From Octopus vulgaris (taxonomy: Eukaryota): a stretch of 64,000 nucleotides of DNA. Under the pieces are notes generated by a model that did no database searches, had not been told where the DNA came from, and was given only the letters and a program-made list of their open reading frames with translations. Of the stretch, positions 26,110 to 41,000 are shown one piece after another. Location: the NCBI GenBank assembly GCA_951406725.2, contig OX597841.1, positions 16,926,001 through 16,990,000 of the forward strand, in the 5' to 3' direction. How positions within the stretch are numbered: position 1 is the first letter of the stretch; each line of letters starts with the position of its first letter. The translations under genes and the position numbers were made by a program.

Positions 26110-27492
26110 CTAGCACCGCAACAACAGCTAGGACAACGACAAACACAACCATCATGACCACCACTACTGAAAGACTCTCACCGTTGCCCGCTCTACCACA
26201 ACCACCTGCGAAATAATCCAGCACCACCTCAACCAGCACCACTACAACCACCACCACTACAACCACCACCACAACCACCATCACAACCACCACCACTACA
26301 ACCACCACCACAACCACCATCACAACCACCACCACAACCACCGCCACCACAACCATCATGACCACCATCACCACCTCAACCGCAACCACCACCACCACAA
26401 CCACCACCACCACCAACACTACAACCACTACCACAACCACCACCACAACCACAACCACCACCACTACCACAATAATAACAACAACAACCTCAACCACCAT
26501 GACGAACACTGCTGAAAGCCTCTCACAACTACAACCATCGGGAAAATAATCCACTACTACAGTCTCCATCATCACAATGACCACCACCACAACAGCAGCA
26601 ACAACTTTTACCATCATGACCACCACCGCTGATAGCCTCTCGTCGTTGCCCTCACAACCTCAACCACAAGCAAGATAATCTACCACCATTATCATCACCA
26701 CCACCACAACAACAACAACCATCACTACTACTACAACCACCACCACTACTACTACAACCACCACCACTACAACAACCACCACCACTACCTCAGCCACCAC
26801 AACTACCGCCACAAAAACCAGCACAACAACCACCAAAACCACAACCACCACTGCAACCAAAACCACCACAACCACCACCAAAACCACAACCACTACCACC
26901 ACGTAACCACTACCACCACCACAACCACTACAACAACAACCACAACCACCACCAAAACCACAACCACTACAACAACCACCACCACTACAACCACCACCAA
27001 CTACAACAACCACCACCACTACAACAGCCACCACAACTACCACCACGCAACCACTACCACCACCGCAACAATCGCCACCACCACTACAACAACAACAACA
27101 ACCACTACCACCACCAAAACCACAACTACTATCACTACTACTACAACCACCAACTACAACAACCACCACCACTACAACAGCCACCACAACTACCACCACC
27201 GCCACCAAAGCCACAACCACAACCACCACCGCAACCAAAACCACCACAACCACCACCAAAACCACAACCACCACAACCACTACCACCACGCAACCACTAC
27301 CACCACCGCAACTACAACAACCGCCACCACCAAAACCACCACCACCACAACCACAACCACCACCGCAACTACAACAACCACCACCACCACCACCACCACC
27401 AAAACAACCACCTCTATAACAGCCACCACCACAACCACCACCACCACCACCACCACCGCTGTCGTCGCCACCTCCTTCACACCCACCCACCA
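26110..27492. repeat. (ACC/ACA/ACT)n trinucleotide field
   Basis: Directly visible. Confidence 0.95.
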
Positions 27493-28029
27493 TCGCTAGA
27501 CTTAAACTAATTTTCTGACGTCCATGTTAGAAAGAATTAACGACAGCCATTATTACGTTAGAAATTACTTTATAATGGACGCCAAATAATCCCACGGTTA
27601 CATGCAATGTGCTACCGTCTAAACTATCTTTTCTATTCTACTACCACCTATACTGCTGCTGCTACTACTATTAATTCTGCTATGCCACGAACCAGCGAGG
27701 GAGGCCTCTATGTGGTAGACAAAGCTGTTAGAAATTGCAGCCGAATCTCTCTCAGATCACTTCTCCCTGTCTTACGTAGGTATTTGTGTATATATGTCAT
27801 GATTCAATGAGGGAGCCTTCTACATGGTGGCTACAGCTGAGAAAAATCGCCATTTTGGCTACAGCTGAGAAAAATCGCAGTGTTGGTGTGTTTACGTTCC
27901 TGTAATAAGCGGTTTGACAAAAGGTTCCTCATAGAATATAGTACTGGGCTTTAAGAATTCTTCAAGGCGGTGCCCCAGCATGACCGCAGTCTAATGACTG
28001 AAACAAGTAAAAGAGAAACGATAATGGTT

Positions 28030-28240
28030 AGCAGAAACGTTAACGCCGGGCGTGCGTAGCCGAATTTCGTCCGTTACGTTCTGAGTTCAAATTCCGCCGA
28101 GGTCGACTTTGCCTTTCATCCTTTTGGGGTCGATAAATTAAGTACCAGTTACGCACTGGGGTCGATGTAATCGACTTAATCCCTTTGTCTGTCCTTGTTT
28201 GTCCTCTCTATGTTTAGCCCCTTGTGGGCAATAAAGAAAC
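28030..28240 (+). mobile_element. SINE family B monomer
   Basis: Partial head, body and CCCCTTGTGGGCAATAAAGAAA tail. Confidence 0.88.
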
Positions 28241-28499
28241 AGGAATAATTTAGCGCTGGACCAAACCTGTCCTTATAGAATTATGATCGTAGCTGTTTCA
28301 GTTCCATTCGCTCTTGTTTTATTGATGCACATTGTATCTAGGACTACATCATGTAATGTGCCCCTCCTTGTTGATGTTCTTGTTTAGCAATTTTGATCAT
28401 GGTTCTGCCTGATCAGGTGCGACCTGGGATTAAACAACGGCAAGGAAGTATACGTCATGCAGTCCAAAAATCCTTTCCTTCAACAATGCGCGCAAGCCT

Positions 28500-29471
28500 G
28501 GTATTTTGGGGAAGCGAGATAAGTCGATTACATTGAAACCCCCCACCACCAGCTCCACAATGTTCAGTTGGTTCTTATTTCATCGAGGCCCGAAAGAATG
28601 AAAGGCAAAGTCGACCTCGGCGGAATTTGAACTCAGAACCTAAAGACGGACGAAATACCTATTTCTTTACTACCCACAGGGGGCTAAACACAGAGAGGAC
28701 AAACAAGGACAGACAAACAGATTAAGTCGATTACATCGACTCCAGTGCGTAACTGGTACTCAATTTATCGACCCCGAAAGAATGAAAAGCAAAGTCGACC
28801 TCGGCGGAATTTGAACTCAGAACGTAACGGCAGACGAAAAACCTATTTCTTTACTAACCACAAGGGGCTAAACACAGAGAGGACAAACAGGACAGACAAA
28901 GGGATTAAGTCGATTATATTGACCCCAGTGCGTAACTGGTACTTAATTTATCAACCCCGAAAGGATGAAAGGCAAAGTCGACCTCGGCGGAATTTGAACT
29001 CAGAACGTAAAGACAGACGAAATACCTATTTCTTTACTACCCACAAGGGGCTAAACACAGAGAGGACAAACAAGGATAGACAAAGGGATTAAGTCGATTA
29101 TATTGACCCCAGTGCGTAACTGGTACTTAATTTATCAACCCCGAAAGGATGAAAGGCAAAGTCGACCTCGGCGGAATTTGAACTCAGAACGTAAAGACGG
29201 ACGAAATACCTATTTCTTTACTACCCACAAGGGTCTAAACACAGAGAGGACTAACAAGGATAGACAAACGGATTAAGTCGATTATATCGACCCCAGTGCG
29301 TAACTGGTACTTATTTAATCGACCCGAAAGGATGAAAGGCAAAGTCGACCTCGGCAGAATTTGAACTCAGAACGTAACGGCAGACGAAATACCTATTTCT
29401 CTACTACCCACAAGGGGCTAAACACAGAGAGGACAAACAGGAGCAGACAAAGGGATTAAGTCGATTATATC
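28500..29471 (-). mobile_element. SINE family B tandem array, about five ~180-bp bodies
   Basis: GACGAAATACCTATTTCTTTACTACCCACAAGGGGCTAAAC recurs about every 180 bp. Confidence 0.92.
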
Positions 29472-29875
29472 ACAGATGGAACGGCTTTGATCATAGGCCT
29501 GCTGGATCAGGACTAAGCAACAACAAGGAAGGACACATTAGATGATGTATTCCTAGATACACTATGCCAGAATAAGACAGGATGGTCGCAGATGGAACAG
29601 CGTTCATCATAGTGATGAGATGGTCATGGCTGGTATGTCTTTCATCATAGGACTGTTGGTTCAAGACGTACCAATGGATCAGGATTGACCGAGGGTTAAA
29701 CATCAGTCGCATCAACATGGCTGCCTTGTGAAACGCGATAACGACAACGAAGGACACGTTATATAGTGTAGTCCTTGATACACTGTGTCAAGATAAAAGA
29801 CAGGATGGTCATAGTAGGAACACCTTTGATCATAGGTTAACTGGATAGAGAGTAACCTAGGGTTAAACACTGTCA
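29472..29875. repeat. Old degenerate ~115-120-bp repeat family (also at 28255-28440)
   Basis: Recurrent GACAGGATGGTC..GGAAC..TTTGATCATAGG..GGGTTAAACA..CAACAA..AAGGACAC. Confidence 0.6.
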
Positions 29876-29929
29876 ATAACTGTTCAATGTTTTTAACAAT
29901 GAAACGTTTTATGCTGTCCACTTTGATAT

Positions 29930-30049
29930 TCGTGTGTGTGTGTGTGTGTGTGTGTTTTTGTGTGTGTGTGAGTGCGTGTGTGTGTGAATGTGTATGTGTG
30001 TGTGAGTGTTTTTGTGTGTGAGTGTTTTTGTGTGTGTGTGTGTGTGTGA

Positions 30050-30080
<31 letters not shown>

Positions 30081-31590
30081 AGTGTTTTTGTGTGTGTGTG
30101 TGAGTGCGTGTGTGTGTGAATGTGTATGTGTGTGTGAGTGTTTTTGTGTGTGTGTGTGTGTGAGTGTTTTTGTGTGTGTGTGAGTGCGTGTGTGTGTGAA
30201 TGTGTATGTGTGTGTGAGTGTTTTTGTGTGTGAGTGTTTTTGTGTGTGTGTGTGTGTGTGTGTGTTGTATTTGTGCTCCTGTCTTTGTGTTTTTTGCGTG
30301 TGTGCTTCTGTGTGTGTGTGCGTGCGTGTGTTTTTGCTTGTGTGTTCGTATGTTTGTATGTGTGTGTTTACGTGTGTGTCTGTCTTTGTGTGTGTGTATA
30401 TCTATGTTACTGTATGTGTTTGTGTATGTGTGCGTGTATGGGTTAGTATGTGTGTATTAGTGTAAACATTTGTGTGTGTGTTTGTCTATTCGTATGTCTT
30501 ATGTGTATTTGTGTGTGTATCTGTGTGTGTGAGTGCGTGTGTTGGTGTATGCGTTTGTTAGTGTATGTGTTTGCTTGTGTTTGTGTGTGTGTGTGCTTGT
30601 ATATGTATTAGCGTATGTGTTTGTGTGTGTATGTGTGCTTGGTTGTGTGTATATGTGTATGTGTTTGCCTGTGCGTATGTTTTGTGTGTGTGTGTGTGTG
30701 TGTATCTGTGTGTGTGTGAGTGCGTGTGTTGGTGTATGCGTTTGTTTGTGTGTGTGTGTGTGTGCTTGGTTGTGTGTATATGTGTATGTGTTTGCTTGTG
30801 CGTATGTTTTGTGTGATTGAATGTGTATCTGTGTGTGTGAGTGTGTGTGTTGGTGTATGCGTTTGTTTTTGTGTGTGTGTGTGTGTGTGTGTGCGTGTGC
30901 TTGTATGTGTATTAGCGTGTGTGTTTGTGTGTGTATGCGTGCTTGGTTGTGTGTATATGTGTATGTGTTTGCCTGTGCGTATGTTTTGTGTGTTTGTGTG
31001 TATGTGTGTGTATACGTGTGTGGGGGAGTGTGGATATGTGTGCCTGTGTGTGCGTGCGTCTCCTGTCAACGACCAAGATTAGAACTGCCAAAGAGATACC
31101 AAACAACAACAACAACAACAACAGCAAAAACAACAACAACAACAATAGCCAGAAAACCGATGTAGGAGTTACCGACATCGTCTTTTAAGATACTTCCGTT
31201 ATATCCATCCCCGTGTGTGTGTTAGTGTGTATTTGTGTGTATTCGTGTGTGTGTATATATTCGTGTGTGTGTGTGTGTGCGTATTTGCGTGTGTATTCTT
31301 GTGTGTGTGTATTCGTGTGTGTGTATTTGTGTGTGTGCGTGTGTATTCGTGTGTGTAGTTGTGTGTGTGTGTGTGTATTCGTGTGTGTAGTTGTGTGTGT
31401 GTGCGTGTGTATTCGTGTGTGCGTGTGTGTGTATTCGTGTGTGTGTGTGTGTGTATTTGTGTGTGTAGATTATATGTCTGTACGTATTTTAAAATCTCGT
31501 CGTGTTTGTGTGTGTATTTGTGTGTGTATTCGTGTGTGTGTGTGTGTGTGTGTGTAGATTATATGTCTGTACGTATTTTAAAATCTCGTC
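29930..31590. repeat. Complex (TG)n-derived minisatellite with higher-order duplications
   Basis: Directly visible. Confidence 0.9.
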
Positions 31591-32149
31591 AGTCATCGCT
31601 TTAAAACATCACCACGCTCTCCAGTCTTAAAATGTCCGTTACTTGCTCACATTATTTCGACATTTTTCTTGCAATTCACGAAGAAGGAGAACAAAAAGAA
31701 AGAACTATATAAATACGTGTGTGTGTGTGTGTGTGAGTGAAATATAAAGTAAAATTCAAGGAAAAGAAAGACAATCACAAAAATTAGCAAATGTTCTTTC
31801 TATCGTCTGCTTTCTCCCATTTCTTCCAAAATATATTTCGAACGCGGCAGACGACACATCTTTGATTTTTAGGATTGGCCTTCGTCTCTCGTTATGTAAC
31901 ATCTACACAGTTTTACTCTTATATAATAACTATGTATGCATTCGTGTCTGTACGTATAAGTATGTACGTATGTATGTGTGTGTGTGTGTGTATAACATAT
32001 ACATACATACATACATACAATCAAGGAGCCTTGAATCTAGGTTAGGAACCGGCTCTTTCTCTTTTGGCAAAAAAAATCTTGAAATAAAACTGAATGATGA
32101 TATACATACATACATACATACACACACACACAAAGATATATATATATAT

Positions 32150-32356
32150 ACTCTTTTACCTGTTTCAGTCATTTGACTGCGGCCATGCTGGAGCACCTTC
32201 TTTAATCGAGCAACTCGACCCCGGGACTTATTCTTTGCAAGCCCAGTACTTATTCTATCGGTCTCTTTATGCCGAACCGCTTAGTTGACGGGGACATAAA
32301 CACACCAGCATCGGTTGTCAAGCAATGCTAGGGGGACAAACACAGACGCACAAACA

Positions 32357-32403
<47 letters not shown>

Positions 32404-32570
32404 TATATACGACGGGCTTCTTTCAGTTTCCGTCTACCAAATCCACTCACAAGGCTTTGGTCGGCCCGATGCTATAGTGGAAGACACTTGCCCAAGGTGC
32501 CACACAGTGGGACTGAACCCAGAACCATGTGGTTGGTTAGCAAGCTACTTACCACACAGCCACTCCTGCG

Positions 32571-32625
<55 letters not shown>

Positions 32626-32942
32626 GATGGGCTTCTTTCAGTTTCCGTCTACCAAATCGACTCACAAGGCTTTGGTCGGCCCGAGGCTATAGTAGAAGAC
32701 ACTTGCCCAAGGTGCCACGCAGTGGGACTGAACCCAGAATCTTAATTCTCCTCTGGAGATGGATAATTCTTTATTCCTTTTAGAGTAAAAGAATATGTAG
32801 GTTTCATCCAGTTTCCGTCTATCAAATCCGCTCATCAATTTTGGTTGGCCGGAGGCTATTGTAGAAAACACTTGCCCAAGGTGTCAGGTAGAGGGACTGA
32901 AACCGGAACCATATGATTAGGAATTAATTGTCTTACCACACA
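32150..32942 (-). mobile_element. SINE family A cluster (full 32150-32572; partial 32623-32737; old 32800-32942)
   Basis: Homology to other copies. Confidence 0.88.
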
Positions 32943-33525
32943 ATGCAAGATCACGAGAAGACTTTTCCATTTTCGTTAATGCCTATTACTCAGAAAACAA
33001 GCAAGGGAGATAATTCATGAAATTTTAAAATGATGAAAATTTTAATGGTGTTATGCTGAGTAATGAAGCTCAGATTTCTCTGTTCATTAGTAACTATGGT
33101 GACAAGTCGAGGTGGGTTTCTATCGTATTCGGACTCACCAGTGAATCGGCGAAATATGCTGCTACAGCGACTGCAGATCCGCAAATAGATATGCAGTATG
33201 GTATAAAATTATATCAGAAATAGAAATGAATATCGGGAAAAAAAAACATTAAGACAGCGGCGCCATCTGCTTGAAGACACAACAGTTATGCGTATGATTA
33301 TATTTAATGTACATAGCTGAAAATAGTGTTGGAATAAATTGAAAATTCGATTGCATTAAGTAGACGAATTGCTTCTAGCGCCAATGAAGATTTTTATCAA
33401 TAGAAGGTAAGGGAGGGAACTGTGTGCATTTCAGAAAAGGAATGAACAATTATCGATTTCCAGAGGAGAATTAAAGGTAATTCAAACTCTCATTAACCTT
33501 AATAATGGTTTTGTTACTAATTTAT

Positions 33526-33853
33526 ACTCTTTTACCCTTTTACTTGTTTCAGTCATTTGACTGCGGCCACGCTGGAGCACCGCCTTTTAGTCGAGCAAAT
33601 CGACCCCGGGACATATTCTTTTTGTAAGCCCAGTACTTATTCTATCGGTCCCTTTTGCCGAACCGCTAAGTTACGGGGACATAAACTCACACCAGCATCG
33701 GTTGTCAAGCAATGCTGGGGGGACATACACACACACAATATATATATATATATACACAGACACAAACAGAAGACACTTGCCCACACAGTGGACTGAACCC
33801 GGAACCATGTGGCTGGTTAGCAAGCTACTTACCACACAGCCACTCCAGCGCCT
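33526..33853 (-). mobile_element. SINE family A, internally deleted
   Basis: Head and tail present, middle missing. Confidence 0.85.
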
Positions 33854-34039
33854 ATGTTTGATTTCAATTTATTTTACGCTGCGATAACCTGCGCATAACT
33901 ATTCGTTCTGTGTGCAGAAAACAACCACAGGAAATTTTACATTGTTGCTGTACATGACTATATATAGGTATGTGTGTCTCATCGTCATCCAGTGATTTAA
34001 ATCCGGGTATTCTCCTCATTAACAGGAGTGACCGGATCT

Positions 34040-34427
34040 GTGGTGGAAGCACTCCGTCGGTTACGACGACGAGGGTTCCGGTTGATCCGAATCAACGGAA
34101 CAGCCTGCTCGTGTAATTAACGTGTAAGTGGCTGAGCACTCCACAGACACGTGTACCCTTAACGTAGTTCTCGGGGATATTCAGCGTGACACAGAGAGTG
34201 ACAAGGCCGGCCCCTTGAAATACAGGTACAACAGAAACAGGAAGTAAGAGTGAGAGAGGAGTTGTGGTGAAAGAGTACAGCAGGGATCACCACCATCCCC
34301 TGCCGGAGCCTCGTGGAGTTTTAGGTGTTTTCGCTCAATAAACACTCACAATGCCCAGTCTGGGAATCGAAACCGCGATCCTATGACCGCGAGTCCGCTG
34401 CCCTAACCACTGGGCCATTGCGCCTCC
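34040..34427 (-). mobile_element. SINE family C monomer with 11-bp TSD
   Basis: TSD TGACCGGATCT at 34029-34039 and 34428-34438; monomer form of the array at 59085. Confidence 0.93.
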
Positions 34428-34753
34428 TGACCGGATCTACCTCAATACCATAGCAACAAAGGTAGGCAAGTGCAGCCCGCCCCAACTTTTGGGCTGGCAG
34501 GTGCCCATTCTCCTTTGCTATCAGGATGCTTCTTTTTTTGGGGGGGGGGAGCCGGATTTTCTATGGGGACCATGCCCTTGGTTACACCAACCTCAGTTTC
34601 TAGACGTGAGTGGTCCCGAGACCAAGGCCTCTGCCACAATTTTTAAGAAATGTGGTAGACACCTAGCGTAAGAAGGAAGGGACGATACTCCCTGGGGCCC
34701 CATTCGGAGCCCCCATAGCTGTATATATACACAAAAATATATATACATATATG

Positions 34754-34936
<183 letters not shown>

Positions 34937-35005
34937 GTGTGTGTGTGTATATATATATTTATATGTGTATATGTATGTATATATATATGTATAAATATAT
35001 ATATG

Positions 35006-35062
<57 letters not shown>

Positions 35063-35355
35063 ATATATATATATGTGTGTGTATATGAGTGTATACATGC
35101 GTGCGTATACTATGGCATTCGTATAAAGAGTTTGAACGTCTGCACATGCGTGAATCTATGCTAATGAATAAAACTCTAGTACATGCATTTATTACATTTT
35201 TTCTTATTTGCGTTCCTCAACTTATGCGAATGCTTATATTTGTGTATACACATATATACGGGTGTGTTCGTATGTGCGTGGCTGAGTACGTTTGTGTATG
35301 TGCCCAGACTCATACACATTTTCATATATATATATATATATATACATAGATACAT

Positions 35356-35406
<51 letters not shown>

Positions 35407-36532
35407 TATACACATATATATATATATATATACACACATATATATACATATATATATACACATACATATATATACGCATATATATACATACATATATATT
35501 CACATATATATACATACCTATGTATATACATATATGCATATATATATTGTGCATCTGTGCATAGAGATATGTAGATAAATATATATATATTATATATATA
35601 TATATATATGTATACATAATGCATGCATACATACATAGATGCATGCATGCACGCATGTATACATGCATACATACACACACAATTACAGACATTCATGTCA
35701 TGAACCCATATATAGCGTCTCAGCCTCCCTAATCAAAGACAGATACACGTGAACATACATACACACACACACACACTCATACACACACACACACAGATAC
35801 GTATTTATATTTATACACTATACACACACACATATTTAAATACGTATACACTATGCACACACACACACACACTCGTATTTCTCAAACATATTTAATTATA
35901 CCTTTTACGAAATCGCTTTACAAACTACAACAACAACAACAACCTGAGCAGCAACCGCAATAACAACAAGAAGAACAACAACACAAGCACACACACACAC
36001 ACACAGCAAAACATCCACAACATCAAATAGAGCAACACCAGCAACAACAACAACAGCATCAACCGATAAAAATACCGAAAATGGCTTTCTACGTGTTGAG
36101 TGAGATCCAGTTATTCAGGCTTAAAAACCTTCGCTTCCGTTTTCCCGCCTTCCCTTTTGTACGGAGGCAAAAATCGACGAAAACTTGTGAAGCGGCGGCC
36201 ATATTTAATGGCGTCGTTGGCCACTCTTCTTCACGATTTTCTCATATATTTCTTCAGCCTTTTCTCTTTCTCTCTCTTATTTTCTGTATTACAATCTCTC
36301 TCTCTTTCTGTCCTCTTCTCTCTCTTTCTCTCTCCCGACATCTCCCTCGCCTTCGGTGGTGTTTCTGTTTTTATCTCTCTACATATAATATCTGCGTGTC
36401 TTCCTCTCCCTCTCTCTTCCTCCCTCACTCTCCCGCTCTCTCCTTTTCTCTCTTTTTGTTTATGCCTCTATCTATATGTTTTCCTAACATATTTCCTTAT
36501 ATATTTGCTTTTACGTTTACATTTTGTTCCTC

Positions 36533-36580
<48 letters not shown>

Positions 36581-36660
36581 GCTCTCCCTCTGTCTCTCTC
36601 TCTTTCTCACTCTCTCTATCTCTCTTTTTCAATCATTTTCATTCTCCTAGCACTCCGAAC

Positions 36661-36696
<36 letters not shown>

Positions 36697-36898
36697 TAAT
36701 ATTATGTATGTAAATATATATTTATATGTGCATATATATACATATACATATATATATTTATATTTATGTATAGATACATAAAGATATGCATATATGTGAA
36801 GGTATATATATATATATATATATCCATGTAACAGGATATATTTATAATTATACATAATTATAGATAAATATATACATATAGTTATAAATATCTCTCTC

Positions 36899-36946
<48 letters not shown>

Positions 36947-37107
36947 GTATGTATATATATATATATATTATGTATGTGTATGTATATATATATATTATGT
37001 ATGTGTATGTATATATATATATTGTGTATGTATATATATATATATATATATATTATGTATGTATATATATATATATTATGTATGTATATATATATAAGCA
37101 TATATAA

Positions 37108-37146
<39 letters not shown>

Positions 37147-37478
37147 CATATATAAACATATATATACATATATACATACATATACACATAACTACAAACA
37201 CACACACATACAGAGAGACGTATTCGTACTCAGATATAAATACAAAAAAAACAAAACAAGCAAAAAACATGCCTAAGCCATACGCCAATGCACAATGTCT
37301 ACGCCAAAACACATTGTTGCCACATACCTACCATCCTACCTCGCCCACACCATCGACTGTTAGGAGAAATAGTCAAAGCGAATGATACGCTTCCGCCATT
37401 AAATTTTACAAGCGGGGTCCAAACCCACTTTGTGTTCTGCGCTTACCGCCCCTTCTTAATACACCATTATATATACAT

Positions 37479-37509
<31 letters not shown>

Positions 37510-37526
<17 letters not shown>

Positions 37527-37565
37527 ATGTATGTATGTATATGTATGTATGTATATGTATGTATG

Positions 37566-37596
<31 letters not shown>

Positions 37597-37657
37597 GTAT
37601 GTATGTATGTATGTATGTATGTGTATGTATGTATGTATGTATGTATGTATGTATGTA

Positions 37658-37712
<55 letters not shown>

Positions 37713-37735
37713 ATGTATGTATGTATGTATGTATG

Positions 37736-37767
<32 letters not shown>

Positions 37768-37896
37768 TGTGTATGTATGTATGTGTGTGTGTATGTATGT
37801 ATGTATGTATGTATGTGTGTGTATGTATGTATGTATGTATGTATGTATGTATGTATGTATGTATGTATGTATGTATGTATGTATGTATGTATGTAT
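37510..37896. repeat. (TATG)n microsatellite
   Basis: Directly visible. Confidence 0.95.
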
Positions 37897-38258
37897 GCAC
37901 CGCAGATTTTCTGTGTGTATACTGCAAGATTCATCGTTGTCGGTTCATGCTGGTGTGATTGGTTGTTAAGCAAAAAAATGCACCCAATAATGTAGGGTTA
38001 AGTGGTGTACACCCGGGTGTATATGCAGGTTATATAGGTACTTGTGCGTGTGTGTGTGTGTATGTGTGTTTGTGTGTGTGTGGGTGTGACTCATTCAGAA
38101 ATGACTGAAACAAGTAAAATATATATATATATATATACACACAGAAAGAGATAGATAGATATATTGATAGATAGATTGATAGACCGACAGAAAGACAAGC
38201 TGATAGAATGATAGACAGACAGGTAGACAGATGAACGAATGGAGACACACACATATAT

Positions 38259-38304
<46 letters not shown>

Positions 38305-38466
38305 TAAGTATTAATTACCGTTATACACAGTAATAATGAGGTGGCTAGCAACTATGTAACTATACAGGTAAAATATAAAATTTAAGAAAAGTCGGGTAAA
38401 ATACCCCTATCTGAAAATCAAAGCGACCTTTATCAAGGAGTATTTTTTACCGTATTTTCTTAAATG

Positions 38467-38508
<42 letters not shown>

Positions 38509-38510
<2 letters not shown>

Positions 38511-38760
38511 CCCGAAGAACCTAAGAGACCTGCATGGGGTGGATGCAGATGTCTTTAAAATAAAACTGGATCTCTTCCTGTCAGGTGTCCCGGATGAACC
38601 AACTTCACGACAAGAGGTGCAGATGAGGGCAGCTGCATCGAACTCTCTCATGCACCAAATGGCAATTGCTAAAAAGCATTCGTGAAGTAAAATCATGTAG
38701 CAACACCAAATGGCGGTGCCCCAGCATGGCCACAGCTCGTGAGCTGAAACTAGATAAAAT
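38509..38760 (+). mobile_element. CR1-group LINE 3' end
   Basis: IPKNLRDLHGVDADVFKIKLDLFLSGVPDEP..RAAASNSL (FK..LD.FL..PDEP terminus typical of invertebrate CR1-group ORF2) followed by a 3' UTR stem-loop. Confidence 0.8.
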
Positions 38761-38773
38761 TTTAAAAAATAAA

Positions 38774-38814
<41 letters not shown>

Positions 38815-38998
38815 TCTTTTAGTTGTTTCAGTCATTTGACTGAGGCCATGCTGGAGCACCGCCTTTAATCGAGCAACTCGACCCCGGGACGTATTCTTTT
38901 GTAAGCCCAGAACTTATTCTATCGGTGTCTTTTGCCGAACTGCTAAGTAACGGGGACATAAACACACCAGCATCGGTTGTCAAGCAATGCTAGGGGGA

Positions 38999-39066
<68 letters not shown>

Positions 39067-39238
39067 CATATATACGACGGGCTTCTTTCAGTTTCCGTCT
39101 ACCAAGTCCACTCACAAGGCTTTGGTCGGCCCGAGGCTATAGTAGGAGACACTTGCCCAAGGTGCCACTCAGTGGGACTGAACCCGGAACCATGTGGTTG
39201 GTAAACAAGTTACTTACCACACAGTCACTCCTGCGCCT
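38815..39238 (-). mobile_element. SINE family A, full length
   Basis: Homology to other copies. Confidence 0.9.
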
Positions 39239-39534
39239 ATATATGTATATATACATATATATATATATAAAAGACAAGATACCCCCGCTTGTATATTATT
39301 CATGGGCAGGCTGCGGCCCGCGGGACTTTGTAAATGGCACACCTAGTGATAAATTATCGTGTATTATTTTAGTAGCGCGGCCCATCTCATCATGAGCCAT
39401 GTTTGAAAAGGCCCGCTTATCGAGAGAGGTTGCTCGTATCTGCTTTACATATTGGAAACAGATGTTGAATGGTTCGCCATGCTACAAATACCAACAAAAT
39501 TACCCTCATTCCCTCATCTCAAAATTATAAAAGA

Positions 39535-40152
39535 AGGCGCATGGCTCACAATCATGAGGTACTGAGTTCAATTCATAGACTGGGCCGTGTGTTGTGTTCT
39601 TGATCGGGACACTTTATTTCACGTTACTGCAGTTTCATCAGCTGTGAGTTGTGACGTCATTGGTGCCAAGCTATATCGACTTCTTTGCCTTTCCCTTGGA
39701 TAACATCAGTGGCGTGGAGAGGAGAGGCTGGTTCGCATGGGTGGCTGCGGGTCTTCCATAAACAACCTTTCTAGGTGCAATCCCATGGTCATTCATGACC
39801 GAAGGGGTCTTTACCCTTTACCCTATATACATATAATGGCATGGAGGGGAACTTTCTGGGTGCAATCCCATGGTCATTCATGACCGAAGGGGTTCTTTAC
39901 CCTTTACCCTATATACATATAATGGCATGGAAGGGGAACTTTCTGGGTGCAATCCCATGGTCATTCATGACCGAAGGGGTCTTTACCCTTTACCTTATGT
40001 GCATATAATGGCGCGGAGAGGGGTGCTGGTATGCATGGGTGACTGCTCGTCTTCTATAAACAACCTTGCCCAGAATTGAGCCTCGGAGAGGAACTTTCTA
40101 GGTGCAATCCCATGGTCATTCATGACCGAAGGGGGTCTTTACCCTTTACCCC
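39535..40152 (+). mobile_element. tRNA-headed SINE with four copies of its 3' end
   Basis: GGCGCATGGCTC..GAGTTCAATTC head; GGTGCAATCCCATGGTCATTCATGACCGAAGGGGTCTTTACCCTTTACC at ~39774, 39858, 39946 and 40101. Confidence 0.75.
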
Positions 40153-40212
40153 ATGTACTGAAGAGGCTCCTTACCCTTTTTATTTCACTTTTAAAGGGCA
40201 ATTATTATAAGT

Positions 40213-41000
40213 CCTCATCATCATCATTGTTCGTCTATGGTCGAGACAATGGAATTTACCATGCTACGCCAGACTTCACGGTCCATCATAGCATTACGGA
40301 GGTCCTGTTGATGGATGCCTGTATCCCTGGAGATTACATCAGGGTAGAAGCGTGTGAGCCCTCTGGTATCGCGAGTAGATGGCTTCCAAAGGAGAAGAGT
40401 AGAAACTACCTCGTTTTCAGCTCTACAACAATGTCCAGCAAACTGGACTCTCCTACCTTTCACAAGAGATGACACGGGTGGTAGTTTCCCATATATTTGC
40501 ATTTTGGTTGGATGACGCTTCCACGAGAGATTTTGAGCTTTCATAAGGAGGCGACTGTAGGTTCCATCCAACCGCCTCTCAAGCTTCTTTGATAACGTCC
40601 AGGTTTCTGAACCATAGAGTAGAATTGGTTCGACTGGTATCGCGAGTAGATGGCTTCCAGAGGAGAAGAGTAGAAATTACTTCATTTTCAGCTCTACAAC
40701 AATGTCCAGCAAACTGGTCTCTCCTACCTTTTACAAGAGATGACACAGGTGGTAGTTTCCCATATACTTGCATTTTGGTTGGATGACGCTTCCACGAGAG
40801 ATTTTGAGCTCATAAGGAGGCGATTTTGAGCTCATAAGGAGGCGAGTGTAGGTTCCATCCAACCGCCTCTCAAGCTTCTTTGATAACGTCCAGGTTTCTG
40901 AGCCATAGAGTAAAATTGGTTTGACTGTGGCTTTGAAGATTTTAAGTTTGAAGTCTCTACTTAGATTTGATGACCAGATCTTATGCATATCATTACAGGT
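40213..41000 (-). mobile_element. RTE-group LINE 3' fragment with internal duplication
   Basis: KLKIFKATVKPILLYGSETWTLSKKLERRLDGTYTRLL..RRVQFAGHC..DREVWR; (GAT)n tail; ~300-bp segment present twice. Confidence 0.9.

Noticed and set aside
33098-33145. Minus-strand CTGGTGAG..GAAAC..GTC hammerhead-like string
   Set aside because: Core mutated and stems I and III cannot be paired convincingly
38395-38442. Minus-strand TTGATAAAGGTCGC, a possible second U3-A8 core
   Set aside because: The 3' half (GAAA, stem III) is absent
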